64,000 nt of DNA, taken from NCBI GenBank assembly GCA_031423635.1, contig JANPFX010000221.1:21354-85353 (forward strand), in the 5' to 3' direction. Both the position numbers and the translations under genes were made by a program. How positions within the stretch are numbered: position 1 is the first letter of the stretch; every line of letters starts with the position of its first letter. Below the pieces are notes generated by a model that had not been told where the DNA came from, made no database searches, and worked only from the letters and a program-made list of their open reading frames with translations. This stretch comes from Acidimicrobiia bacterium (GTDB lineage Bacteria > Actinomycetota > Acidimicrobiia > Acidimicrobiales > JANYDT01). Positions 47,844 to 59,938 of the stretch are shown piece by piece.

Positions 47844-48953
47844 TCAGCTGCCGGCAGGTAGCGCGGGGCTGAGGTCGAGGCGCTCGGCGAATGGCACGGC
47901 GCGCCTCCACATCGTGAGGAACAATTCCTCGCCGCGTTTGTTGGCGGTGTCAAGGGTTGCCATGGTGACCACTCCCAGCACCGAAAAGAACAGACCGATG
48001 CCGCGCATCTGGTGCAGCAGTACATCGAGGCTCGGCGGCGTTGCGCCGGCCGCTCGGTACTCGGCCAAGTACAGATCGACGAGTTCGTCGAAGTTCCCGC
48101 ATGACACCTCGGGGTCAAGACTGAGGGCGAGGAAGTAGTACAGGTCTGTGGCGCCGGGCCCGCGGCTGGTGAGTTGCCAGTCGAGGAACGCGAAATCGGC
48201 GAGCGGCGCGGTCGGGGAGAAGACGATGTTGTCGGTTCGGAAGTCACCATGGGTGACGGTTCCCGGCTGGGAGGCGTAGTCGGCCACCCAGGAGAGAGCG
48301 TGCGGGGCGAACCGCTGTCCCCAATCCAGCATGTATTCGGGCACCATGTGGCCGTAGCGGGCCGTGGCAATCGGTAGGCAGTCGTCGTACATCGCCAGCA
48401 TTCCGGAGTTTGATGGGTCGTCGATGCGAGGTAGCCACTCGAGGTCGTCTGCTCGCCCATCGCTCCATCGGGCATGGATTTTCGCCATTGCGGTGATCAG
48501 GGTGCGCGCCTGTTCGAGGCTGCACGGTTGGAGTTGATCCCCGACATCGTATGTGTGCATATCTTCGAGGAGAAGACACCATTGCTGGGTGTCGACATCG
48601 GCTCCGTTGTAGAAGCACGCTGGCACTCGGACGGGGCTGTCCTTCGCGAGGTGGCGGTAGAAGCCGGATTCCTTTTCGTAGAGGCGAAGCATCGTGCCGA
48701 TCATCCGGCCGCCGGGATCTTGGGTCGGAATCTTGGAGACCACCGATGTCGGCGCCCCGGCTGCGACCGCTGCGACCGGGTCCTCGTACGACAACGCGAT
48801 CCGATGGATCTCGCCGATGAAGCCGACTCCTTCACCGATACGGCTGAACTCGACCGCAGTGACAGCAACCGGGCTCACGCCCGACTCGGCGAACACGCCG
48901 CTGAGCCATTCGGGCGTCATGTCTTCGACGCGTGTGGGGATCGCCTGAGTCAT
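47844..48953 (-). CDS. Phosphotransferase-family kinase (APH/CHK, ecdysteroid-kinase-like)
   Basis: 369 aa. Catalytic loop THGDFRTDNIVF and DWQL metal-binding region. Confidence 0.75.
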   Translation of the reverse strand: MTQAIPTRVEDMTPEWLSGVFAESGVSPVAVTAVEFSRIGEGVGFIGEIHRIALSYEDPVAAVAAGAPTSVVSKIPTQDPGGRMIGTMLRLYEKESGFYRHLAKDSPVRVPACFYNGADVDTQQWCLLLEDMHTYDVGDQLQPCSLEQARTLITAMAKIHARWSDGRADDLEWLPRIDDPSNSGMLAMYDDCLPIATARYGHMVPEYMLDWGQRFAPHALSWVADYASQPGTVTHGDFRTDNIVFSPTAPLADFAFLDWQLTSRGPGATDLYYFLALSLDPEVSCGNFDELVDLYLAEYRAAGATPPSLDVLLHQMRGIGLFFSVLGVVTMATLDTANKRGEELFLTMWRRAVPFAERLDLSPALPAGS

Positions 48954-49089
48954 CGCGGAAGCATAGGACTGCGTGGTCGCTGGTGCTCAGTCGAGGCACC
49001 CCGGGACGATGACGCATTCGCGGTGATGACGATCAGGCTTGCGACGGGTTGTCGGTGGCCTCACCCTGGTCGACAGTTGGTCCGGCGTG

Positions 49090-49929
49090 TCAGTGGCGGT
49101 TCGAACTGCCCATTGCCGCATCGCGAAGTGCATCGGCAACCAGCACTCGAGCGAGGTGGCGGCGGTACGCGGATGAACCGCGTAGATCGGCGGGTGGGTC
49201 GGAGCCCTCGTCTGCTAGCGCTGCCGCGTCGGCCAAGGACGCTCCGGCTGCCAACGCGGCCTCGGTGCCACGTGCGCGAATGACCTGGGTCGCCATGGAC
49301 GCCAAGGCGACGCGTCCGCCGCATGCGGCTGCGCCGACCAGAGCCCAGTCCTGGGAGCGGATGGTGAACTTCTGGTACGACCAACCGATGCCGCGCGCGC
49401 TCGGTAGCCGAATCTCGGTGAGGACCTCGTCGGCTGCGATGGTCGAGGTCCAGAATCCGATGAAGAGGTCATCGAAAGCGATTTCTCGTTCGCCGTTGGA
49501 CCCGATGACGACCACTCTCGCGTCGAGGGCGAGGAGTGCACAGGACACGTCGCTTGCTGGGTCGGCGTGGGCCACGCCACCCCCGAGTGTGCCCCTGTTG
49601 CGCACCTGGGGGTCGCCGACGAGGGATGCAGCGCGAGCGAGGATTGGAGCGTGCTCCTGCACGATCGGTGATGCTGCGACATCGCGATACGTGGCCATCG
49701 CGTCGATGACCAGTTCCGTCCCACTGCCAGCCGGTTCAGTGTGGATTTTCCGGATCCCGAGCCCGGCCAGATCGAGCAGAACCGTGGGCGCAGCGAGGCG
49801 CAACTTCATGAGTGGCAGGAGCGACTGTCCGCCGGCGATTACCTTCGCTTCGTCACCGTACTCAGTGAGCGCGCTGATCGTCTCCTCGATCGAAGTGACT
49901 GCGATGTAGCGAAATGGCGCGGGTATCAC
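49090..49929 (-). CDS. Molybdenum hydroxylase FAD-binding medium subunit (CoxM/CutM-like)
   Basis: GTG 49929 (GTGA overlap). [14 protein letters not shown] and [15 protein letters not shown] motifs. Confidence 0.85.
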   Translation of the reverse strand: MIPAPFRYIAVTSIEETISALTEYGDEAKVIAGGQSLLPLMKLRLAAPTVLLDLAGLGIRKIHTEPAGSGTELVIDAMATYRDVAASPIVQEHAPILARAASLVGDPQVRNRGTLGGGVAHADPASDVSCALLALDARVVVIGSNGEREIAFDDLFIGFWTSTIAADEVLTEIRLPSARGIGWSYQKFTIRSQDWALVGAAACGGRVALASMATQVIRARGTEAALAAGASLADAAALADEGSDPPADLRGSSAYRRHLARVLVADALRDAAMGSSNRH

Positions 49930-50434
49930 GGCGATACTCCGTTCGGAGGAGGGGATCCGTGCTCCGCCGCCCACCGGATCGACTCGACGATCATTTGGTA
50001 ACCGGTGCAGCGGCAGATATTGCCTTCGAGTGCTTCACGGATCTCGGTTTCGCTCGGATCAGGGTTCTCTGCCAGCAGAGCGGTTGACGCCATCACCATG
50101 CCCGGGGTGCAATAGCCACACTGCAGTCCGTGGCATTGGCGAAATCCTTCCTGTAGCGCGCTGCGGCCATCGAACGGTCCGTCGACCCCTTCGATAGTGC
50201 GGACCGAACGACCCTGCGTTTGCACGGCGAGCACGGTGCAGCTCTTTACCGCGTCGCCGTCGAGCAGCACGGTGCACGCACCACAGTTCGACGTGTCGCA
50301 ACCCACGTGCGTCCCCGTGAGGCGCAGGTGCTCCCGCAACAGGTGCACGAGGAGCGTGCGGTCTTCGACTTCATAGCGAACGCTCTTCCCGTTGACGTCG
50401 ACGTTCACCAGGGTCTTCGGATGCTCGGCGAAAT

Positions 50435-50438
<4 letters not shown>
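49926..50438 (-). CDS. Molybdenum hydroxylase [2Fe-2S] small subunit (CoxS/CutS-like)
   Basis: ATG 50438 (ATGA overlap). [25 protein letters not shown] cluster motifs. 170 aa. Confidence 0.9.
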
Positions 50439-52771
<2,333 letters not shown>

Positions 52772-52888
52772 GATCGGACCGCTGCTGAATAGTGTCGGGG
52801 GCTCATGGGCGCTCCGGTCGGAGTGGTGATCGGAAGGGTGTTGCGAGCAGAGAAGCGCAGCGGAGCAGCGCAGCGCAATGAGGAGGGC

Positions 52889-54274
52889 TCATGGCTTGAG
52901 GTGGTTCCCTTCCTTGTCCTGTGGATCGAACCACCACTGCTCGGCATTGTCCTTCGACTGTTCCGTGCGGGGCCGTCCCCATCCGAGGAACTTGCCGAGG
53001 AACTGATCCGGACCGCTCTCCTCGCGCCGCCACCAACGTCTCTCACCGCCATGGACCTTCTTGCGATAGGACGAGAATCCAACGGCCACGATCAGCGCAA
53101 CTCCGAAGAAGAGGCTCTCCACCCAGGTCTGGGCCACGCCGGCGAGTTGGAGACCCTTCACGCCGCTCTGCAGCACGAACACGGCAAGCACGGTCCCCCA
53201 CACGTTGAAGCGGCGCTTGAACTGCGTGGCCCCGAGGAACGCTGCGGCGAACGCCGGAAGAAGATACGGCGATCCGGACTGTGCCTGCGTCGAGCCGTAC
53301 TGAGATGCCAGCAGCACGCCAGCGAAGGCCGACGCCACCGCCGAGACGACGAGCGCGCCCCACGTGTAGCGATCGACCTGGACGCCGGCGAGACGGGCCG
53401 CCTCACGTCCGCCGCCGGTGGCGAACAGGTACCGGCCGAGTGCGGTGTGCTCGAGCACGAACCAACCGGCCACGGCAAGGATGAGTGCGTAGAGCACGGT
53501 TTTGTTCACGCCGGCGCCGAGTTGGCGCGTAAGTGACTTGAACGAATCGCTGAAGCCCAGAATCGACTTGTTCTTGGACAGCCATACCGCAAACGCCGTG
53601 AAGATCGAACTGGTCCCAAGAGTGGCGATGAACGAGTCGATCTTCACCTTCACCACCAGAAATCCGTTGATGAGGCCGATAACGAGGCCTGATCCAAGAG
53701 CGAGTGCGATGCCGATGGCGATCGGCCATCCCTGGTTCACCAATGCCCAACTCACCACGATCGCCGATGTCGAAACCGACGCAGCGATGGACAGGTCGAA
53801 GACTCCCGCCGACAACGGGATCAACAGGCCGAGCGCCACGACGGTGAGGATGGCCTGCTGATTGAGCACCGAACGATGGGTCAGCCATGTCGTCCAGGTG
53901 TCGGGCACCCACAGCATGAACACCGCCCACGACAGCGCGTAGAGATACACGACGCCGATATTTCGGGGGTGGAGTTTGTGCCAGCGAAACGGTGAACGTT
54001 TTGTCTCGAATCGACTGTCCACACGCTCGGTCGGCTCGGTGTGTTTCATCACCATCGTGGGACGTCGGGTGAGCCAATGCTTCTTCATCGCCGGGCGAGC
54101 GATGACATCACCGGTTCGTTCATCGAATTGGACCGTGCGCTTCGACAGGTCACGCCGCGATGCCGCCTCCACGCGTTTCGCTCGGGCAAAGGTAGACGCC
54201 TCTCGAACGAACTTCGGGGCGCGCCGATCATCTCGGGATGTTTTTGGTACACGGTTGTCGGTGTCGCTGCTCAT
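52889..54274 (-). CDS. Sugar-type ABC transporter permease (RbsC/AraH family) with long N- and C-terminal extensions
   Basis: ATG 54274 overlaps the ATPase stop (ATGA). The core (about aa 110-405) resembles monosaccharide permeases (GGREAARLAGV). ~100-aa basic N-extension and ~55-aa Trp/charge-rich C-tail. Confidence 0.75.
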   Translation of the reverse strand: MSSDTDNRVPKTSRDDRRAPKFVREASTFARAKRVEAASRRDLSKRTVQFDERTGDVIARPAMKKHWLTRRPTMVMKHTEPTERVDSRFETKRSPFRWHKLHPRNIGVVYLYALSWAVFMLWVPDTWTTWLTHRSVLNQQAILTVVALGLLIPLSAGVFDLSIAASVSTSAIVVSWALVNQGWPIAIGIALALGSGLVIGLINGFLVVKVKIDSFIATLGTSSIFTAFAVWLSKNKSILGFSDSFKSLTRQLGAGVNKTVLYALILAVAGWFVLEHTALGRYLFATGGGREAARLAGVQVDRYTWGALVVSAVASAFAGVLLASQYGSTQAQSGSPYLLPAFAAAFLGATQFKRRFNVWGTVLAVFVLQSGVKGLQLAGVAQTWVESLFFGVALIVAVGFSSYRKKVHGGERRWWRREESGPDQFLGKFLGWGRPRTEQSKDNAEQWWFDPQDKEGNHLKP

Positions 54275-56028
54275 CGTCGCCTCCAGCGTGCCAGAGCATG
54301 GCGCGTCCACTGCGCGAGTCGACCGCCCCGTTCCGGTGACAGCATCTGCGTTGCAACGGTATCGACCTCGGCCGGCGTCTCGCTATGCATCTCAAGGTCG
54401 GCGCCGGACCTGATGACCTTCGGTCCGGTGGGTCGCTGGCGCACCTTCATGGTCTTGCGGGAGGAGGCTGAGCCGAGCATCTCGGCAACGACGCGATCCT
54501 CGGTGAGCGTGGCGTCGGTGAGTTCGGCCGCGACCATTCCGCCCCGAAGCACGAACACCCGGTCGCAGATGTGGACGAGTTCTTCCGCGTCGCTCGACGT
54601 GACAAGCACGGCCATTCCCTTCTCGGCCGCTTCGCTGATCGTTCGATAGATGCCAGCCTTCGCGCCGACGTCGACGCCCTGGGTCGGTTCGTCAAGGAGC
54701 AGCACCTTGGGCTCCGTTCGAAGCCAGCGCGCCAAGACCGCCTTCTGCTGGTTGCCGCCGGAGAACTTCTCCATCCGTCTTCGGATGATCGGCGGTTGCA
54801 CGTCGAGCCGTCTCACCCAGTCCGTGACCTCGTTCCGTACGGTGCGATGACGAAGCCGCCCGCTGCGTTGCAGCGGACCATAGCGGGGGAGTGGTATGTG
54901 TTCGACCAGTCGGTCATCGGCCACCAGACCGAGGTTCTTGCGGTCGGCGGGCACGAGTGCCATGCCAGCCTTGATGGCCTCGCGCGGAGCGGCAAAGACT
55001 TTCGTCTTGCCCACCAGCACACGACCGGCAAAACGCGGCGACGCACCGAACACGCATGCGGCGATTTCGTCGCGCCCGGAACCGACGAGCCCGGCGACGC
55101 CGACGACTTCGCCGACGTGAACCGTGAAGCTCACATCGCGCAACGTGATGCCCGACACGCCGACTACCTCCAATACCGGAACAAGTGAACGAGCCGTGGA
55201 CGAGCGACTGTAGAGCTGCATGACCGATCGGCCCACGATGAGTTCGATGAGCTTCGCCTGGCTCAACTGCGCAGAGGGCACTCCAGCGGCGACGACCTGA
55301 CCATCGCGCAGCACGGTGACGCGATCTGCGAGGCCGAGTACTTCTTCGAGAATGTGGCTGACGAAGACCACACCGGCACCCTCGGCGGCCACGCGTCTGA
55401 CCTCGCGGAAGAGAGCATCGACTTCGTTGCGGTTGAGCGATGCCGTTGGCTCGTCGAGAACAAGGATGCCCCGCTCTCCAGGCTCCCAGTCACGAAGCGC
55501 GCGTACGATAGCGATAGCAGCACGTTCGGCCGCAGTGAGAAGCGCGACCGGCCGTCGTACGTCAGGAGCAAGTCCGAACCGCAGGAGTTCGTGTTGGGCC
55601 CGCTCCACTTCGGCGCTCCACGCAATCCGCCCGAAGGCTCCTGTTGTCCAGCCCTGCCCCAGGCCGAGATTCTCGACCGCCGACAGGGTCGGTACCAGGC
55701 CGAGGTCTTGATGGACGATACGAATCCGGCGCCGGATATCGGCAGGCGCCGACCACAGGTCGACGGGTTGGGCATCAACGAGCACCTGTGCTCCGTGGTC
55801 GGCTTTGATGTAGCCGCCGAGCAGTTTGATGAGCGTGGACTTACCCGACCCGTTCTGCCCGACGATCGCATGCACTTCGCCGGAGCGCAGCGTCAACATG
55901 GCATCGCGGAGCGCAACCTGCCCGGGATAGGTCTTGGACAGTCGTCGGATCGTCAGAAGGTCAGCAGGCCCGTCCACCGGAGTGGACGGGCCTACCGATT
56001 CTTCAGGGGAACGGAGATCGACGATCAC
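54271..56028 (-). CDS. Sugar-type ABC transporter ATP-binding protein (tandem NBDs, RbsA/MglA-like) with C-terminal extension
   Basis: 585 aa, GTG start. GQNGSGKST, LVLDEPTASL, FSGGNQQKAVLARWL, LLLDEPTQGVD. ~65 extra C-terminal residues. Confidence 0.85.
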   Translation of the reverse strand: MIVDLRSPEESVGPSTPVDGPADLLTIRRLSKTYPGQVALRDAMLTLRSGEVHAIVGQNGSGKSTLIKLLGGYIKADHGAQVLVDAQPVDLWSAPADIRRRIRIVHQDLGLVPTLSAVENLGLGQGWTTGAFGRIAWSAEVERAQHELLRFGLAPDVRRPVALLTAAERAAIAIVRALRDWEPGERGILVLDEPTASLNRNEVDALFREVRRVAAEGAGVVFVSHILEEVLGLADRVTVLRDGQVVAAGVPSAQLSQAKLIELIVGRSVMQLYSRSSTARSLVPVLEVVGVSGITLRDVSFTVHVGEVVGVAGLVGSGRDEIAACVFGASPRFAGRVLVGKTKVFAAPREAIKAGMALVPADRKNLGLVADDRLVEHIPLPRYGPLQRSGRLRHRTVRNEVTDWVRRLDVQPPIIRRRMEKFSGGNQQKAVLARWLRTEPKVLLLDEPTQGVDVGAKAGIYRTISEAAEKGMAVLVTSSDAEELVHICDRVFVLRGGMVAAELTDATLTEDRVVAEMLGSASSRKTMKVRQRPTGPKVIRSGADLEMHSETPAEVDTVATQMLSPERGGRLAQWTRHALARWRRR

Positions 56029-56067
56029 TGCAGCCGAACGTCGGATGTGGCTGACTGCCTGCGAAAA

Positions 56068-57324
56068 TCACTTGCCCCAGAGCTTGGCGAATTGATCCTG
56101 AAATCCGTTGACCCCCGGCCACAGCTTCGATGCGTCGGCGAGACTGCCCTTCTCCAGGATCTGGAGCGGGAGGCCGTTCACCAGGATGTCGGGGTGTCCT
56201 TCGATGGATGCTTGCGCCGGGGGCGTCGAACGTCCCGGCCCAGTTCCGGAAAGCACGCGAGCAGCGACATCGATGGCCCGCCATCCGAGCAGCTCCGATG
56301 CGAGACCAACTTCGGCGACCTGGTGCTTTCCCGCATCGATGAAGCCGAAGTTCATCGGGCCACCGGCCTGTGAAATAGCTTGGGCCTGGGGGAGCAGACC
56401 GGCCGCTTCGATGGCGTCGGGCACACCGAAGAGCATGCCGCCGAAGGCGTACACGACGAAATCGAGATCCTTGTTGGCCTGTAGCTTCGAGACGATCTGA
56501 CCGGGGAGGTTGGTGCCGAGGTCGGTGATCGCGGCCTCCATGGTGTCGACCTTGCAGTCCGCACACACCTTGGCGATCTCCTCGGTGAAGCCCTTCTGCA
56601 CAGTGGACAGGACGGGGAACACCGGTAGGCCGACGAACAAGATGTTCTTCTTTGCCGATTTCGTAGCAGCGTAGTCCGCCATCAACGCACCGTAGAAGTA
56701 GTAGTCATCACCGGAGAGCAGATTCGCCGAGATACCGTTACCCGGTTCGTAGGGCTCCGGCATCGACCAGGCAATCACCGGGATCTTGGCGTCCTCAAGG
56801 GTCTTCAGCTGGGTCGCGAACCATTCCCGCGGGTTCCCGCTCGTGAGCACAACGTCGGGCTTGGCGGCAATGGCGGCGTCAAAGGCCGCAGCAACCGTCT
56901 CCGGCGTGTCCTTGTGTGCAGTGGTCTCGAGCGTCCAGCCGAGCTTCTTGGCGGCTGCTTCGATTCCGCCCTTGATCTCTTCACAGACCGGCACGCTGCA
57001 CTGCACGTAGTACACCTTCTTACCGGCGGGAATGGCGGCGATTGCCTCGTTGAACGGCAGCTCGGTGACCGGCTTCGTGAACGCTGCAACGCGATCGGCC
57101 GGATCAGTAGTAGCCGTTGCTGCGCTGGTCTCCGCAGCTGCGGCTTCGGTCGGCGCTGCCTCGGTGGCGGCCGGCTCTGTCTCTGCCGGGGCCGCCTCGG
57201 TTGCGGGTGCCTCGGTGGCGACCGCTTCCGTCGCTGCGTCGGTGGTTTTGCTGTCGCTACTGCACGCGGTGGCGATGAGGCCAACCGCAATAATGAGAGC
57301 CGACAGGATACGGCGAGATTTCAT
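56068..57324 (-). CDS. ABC transporter substrate-binding lipoprotein (periplasmic-binding-protein type I, sugar-like)
   Basis: ATG 57324. Signal and lipobox MKSRRILSALIIAVGLIATAC. ~50-aa T/E/A/P low-complexity linker. 418 aa. Confidence 0.8.
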   Translation of the reverse strand: MKSRRILSALIIAVGLIATACSSDSKTTDAATEAVATEAPATEAAPAETEPAATEAAPTEAAAAETSAATATTDPADRVAAFTKPVTELPFNEAIAAIPAGKKVYYVQCSVPVCEEIKGGIEAAAKKLGWTLETTAHKDTPETVAAAFDAAIAAKPDVVLTSGNPREWFATQLKTLEDAKIPVIAWSMPEPYEPGNGISANLLSGDDYYFYGALMADYAATKSAKKNILFVGLPVFPVLSTVQKGFTEEIAKVCADCKVDTMEAAITDLGTNLPGQIVSKLQANKDLDFVVYAFGGMLFGVPDAIEAAGLLPQAQAISQAGGPMNFGFIDAGKHQVAEVGLASELLGWRAIDVAARVLSGTGPGRSTPPAQASIEGHPDILVNGLPLQILEKGSLADASKLWPGVNGFQDQFAKLWGK

Positions 57325-57345
57325 GAAGGTCCCCTGGTGTGGTGA

Positions 57346-57361
57346 CGCCCTGCGCAGGGCG
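57346..57361. promoter_or_regulatory. Perfect 16-bp palindrome in the divergent SBP / P450 intergenic region
   Basis: CGCCCTGCGCAGGGCG, 22 nt upstream of the SBP ATG (minus-strand sense). Confidence 0.5.
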
Positions 57362-57479
57362 CGTACGAGGCACGTAGTGTTGCATCTAACGACGGTGCCG
57401 TCCAACTTTTGTCGTGGTGCTCGCCGCACGGCGATCACCGGCCCGTCTGCCGATCTCTTTTCCCTCTGAGGTTTGTCCT

Positions 57480-58754
57480 GTGCCCGGCTTCTCACCTCTC
57501 CAAGACGATCCCTCGATAGGCGAAGCACTGCGCGTCGACACGTGGTCCGGCGCACGCGAGGTCTTTCGGGCCAGAACCCTCCGCCAAGGTCTTTACGACG
57601 AAGCAGGGGTGCTGATGCGCGACGTCATCGTGAACCTCCACGGTGTAGCCCACCGGGATCGGCGACGCGTCGAGAACCGGCTCTTCCGACGGGACAACTT
57701 CCGCTGGTACGACGCGGAGGTCATCCCATTTCTCATCTCCGAAGCGATCGCCGCCGACATCGCGTCGGGGCAAGCTGATCTGTTGACCCTTGCCAGGCGA
57801 ACGATGATGAAGCTCGCCTGCACGATCGCCGGTCTCGACATCGTCGACGACGATTTCGAGACCGTGTTCGCGCTTATGAATCGGCTGGCGCGAGCGGCAA
57901 CGGTCTTTCACGCAACGATCGATCACGACGAATTGCGCGCCGACGGCCTCGATGCGCTCACCCAGGTCGACACCCTGTTCGTGCGGCCGGCGCTTCATCG
58001 ACGCATCGCTCTCATCAACGCGCACGCTGCGGGCGAATGTGCCGAGGACGAACTTCCGCGAGATGTGCTCACCACGCTCCTGTGCAACCAGGACGCATTG
58101 GGCCTGCCGATCGATGTCGTAATCAGGGAAACCGCGTACTTCCCGTGGGTGGGCTCACACTCCACCGCCAATGCGTTCGTCCATGCGGTTCACCGACTCT
58201 TCCAGTGGTTCGATGCCCACCCGGCGGATCGGTTGACCGTTACATCCGATCCGTTACGCCTCCAGCGATTCGTACACGAGACGTTGCGGCTGCATCCGGC
58301 GTCACCACAGACTCACCGCCTCGGCACCGACGAACCAACGACGATCGGCGGAAACGTGATCGCTTTTGGTCAACGGGTCATCGTCGACATGGAGCAGGCG
58401 AATCGAGATCGCAGCGTGTGGGGACCGGATGCCGACGAGTTCTGTCCCGACCGTCGCATCCCCGACGACGCCGCACCATGGGGGCTCACGTTCGGGCACG
58501 GCATCCATGCCTGCCTGGGTATGGAGTTGGCCGGCGGCACGGCTCCCGAACTCGGGGCTGCCGGAGCCGTCGATCCGAACGCCCACGTGTTCGGGGCGAT
58601 CACCACGATGGCCTCGATGCTCTTCGCCCGCGGGCTCGAACGCGACCCCCGGCACCCGGCCGTGCTCGACACGTCGACCGTTCGCACCGTGTTCTCCTCC
58701 TATCCCGTGGTGTTCCGGCCGACGACCGCGACCTTGGCGTCCGTTGAACAGTGA
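57480..58754 (+). CDS. Cytochrome P450 (paralog B)
   Basis: GTG 57480 (start uncertain). NLHGVAHRDRRRVENRLFRRD, HETLRL, FGHGIHACLGMELA. Collinear similarity to the P450 at 46591-47802, including the shared C-terminal SSYPVVF. Confidence 0.85.
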   Translation: MPGFSPLQDDPSIGEALRVDTWSGAREVFRARTLRQGLYDEAGVLMRDVIVNLHGVAHRDRRRVENRLFRRDNFRWYDAEVIPFLISEAIAADIASGQADLLTLARRTMMKLACTIAGLDIVDDDFETVFALMNRLARAATVFHATIDHDELRADGLDALTQVDTLFVRPALHRRIALINAHAAGECAEDELPRDVLTTLLCNQDALGLPIDVVIRETAYFPWVGSHSTANAFVHAVHRLFQWFDAHPADRLTVTSDPLRLQRFVHETLRLHPASPQTHRLGTDEPTTIGGNVIAFGQRVIVDMEQANRDRSVWGPDADEFCPDRRIPDDAAPWGLTFGHGIHACLGMELAGGTAPELGAAGAVDPNAHVFGAITTMASMLFARGLERDPRHPAVLDTSTVRTVFSSYPVVFRPTTATLASVEQ

Positions 58755-58776
58755 CTGGATCGGTAGAGTCGCACCG

Positions 58777-59631
58777 ATGCCCGCCGAAGACGTCGTTGAG
58801 CAACTCCGACGTATTGGGATGTCCGGCTACGAAGCCAAGGTCTATCTCGCCATGCTCGCCGCCGGTCTACCGCTGAACGGATACGAACTCGCCAAGCAGT
58901 CCGGTGTTCCGCGCAGCACGGTGTACGAAACAGTCGCCAAGCTCGTGGCCCGTGGCAGCGCGTTCGAGGTCAACGTTCCCGACTCGGGAACCGCGTACCT
59001 TCCGCTCCCGATCGAGAGTCTTCTCGCCCGCGTGCGCCGCGAGGTCGACGATGCGCTCGGTGCACTTGCCACGTCGTTGCCGAACGTCAGCGCACCACGC
59101 GAGACCCATCTCACGCAACAGATCCGCGGCCGGCGCAGCGTGCTCGACCGCGCCAAGGACGTCATCGAGAGTGCCGTGTCGGATCTCCTCGTTTCGATCT
59201 GGCCGCCCGAGGTTCCGGCCGTCGTCGACGACTTGCGACGCGCCGCCGCACGTGGCGTTGAGGTGACCACCCTCGTGTTCGGTGGCGGCGACTCCCTTCG
59301 GGGAGTCGGCACGGTGTTCGAGCATCGTTTCTCGGCGCCCGACGTCGTGGAGGAACGTCTCGGTTGCCGTCTGTTCGCCTTCGTTGCCGATCGTTCCAGT
59401 GTCCTGACCGCTGGTGCAGTTGGTGAGGAGACGTGGGGCATGTGGTGTGATGACCCGGCGATGGCGCTCGTTGTTGCTGAGTACATCCGCCACGACATGG
59501 CGATCCAATCGATCCTCGGCTCCACCCACGGCCAGGCGCTCCGGGGTCTGTGGGAGGGGTCGGAGGAACTCCAGCGGCTTCGTGCCACGGTGGGTTCGCC
59601 CGGCCTGCAGGTGTTCGGGGCAAAACCATGA
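58777..59631 (+). CDS. TrmB-family transcriptional regulator
   Basis: ATG 58777. N-terminal wHTH GMSGYEAKVYLAMLAAGLPLNGYELAKQSGVPRSTVYETVAKLVARG. 284 aa. Confidence 0.8.
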   Translation: MPAEDVVEQLRRIGMSGYEAKVYLAMLAAGLPLNGYELAKQSGVPRSTVYETVAKLVARGSAFEVNVPDSGTAYLPLPIESLLARVRREVDDALGALATSLPNVSAPRETHLTQQIRGRRSVLDRAKDVIESAVSDLLVSIWPPEVPAVVDDLRRAAARGVEVTTLVFGGGDSLRGVGTVFEHRFSAPDVVEERLGCRLFAFVADRSSVLTAGAVGEETWGMWCDDPAMALVVAEYIRHDMAIQSILGSTHGQALRGLWEGSEELQRLRATVGSPGLQVFGAKP

Positions 59632-59713
59632 CCTCACGTTTCGCGACTCGATCGCGGGCGACCAGTGCTCCGGAGACCAGCTCCCCAGAAATCACATCGA
59701 AACGAAGGACTCC

Positions 59714-59938
59714 ATGATCGAACGACCCGTCGTGACCATCGACAAGGAACGCTGCGTGAGCGCAGGGCGTTGCATCGCCGATGAATCGTCAGCATTCGGT
59801 TTCGACGGCGACGAACTTGCTGAAGTTCTGCCCGGCGCTTCGGAGCTTTCGGTCGAGCGGCTGATCGTTCTGGCCCGTCGGTGCCCGGGCCTGGCGATCG
59901 AAGTTCGCTCCTTTTCCGGCGAGTTGCTGGCGCCGTGA
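59714..59938 (+). CDS. Small ferredoxin (single [3Fe-4S]/[4Fe-4S]-cluster type, P450 redox-partner-like)
   Basis: 74 aa. CVSAGRC ... CP cluster ligand pattern. GAAGGA RBS. Confidence 0.8.
   Translation: MIERPVVTIDKERCVSAGRCIADESSAFGFDGDELAEVLPGASELSVERLIVLARRCPGLAIEVRSFSGELLAP

Noticed and set aside
57099-57255. Nucleotide-level repeats (GCCTCGGTGGC-like) as a separate repeat element
   Set aside because: They encode the T/E/A/P low-complexity linker of the substrate-binding lipoprotein. This is coding low complexity, not an independent element.
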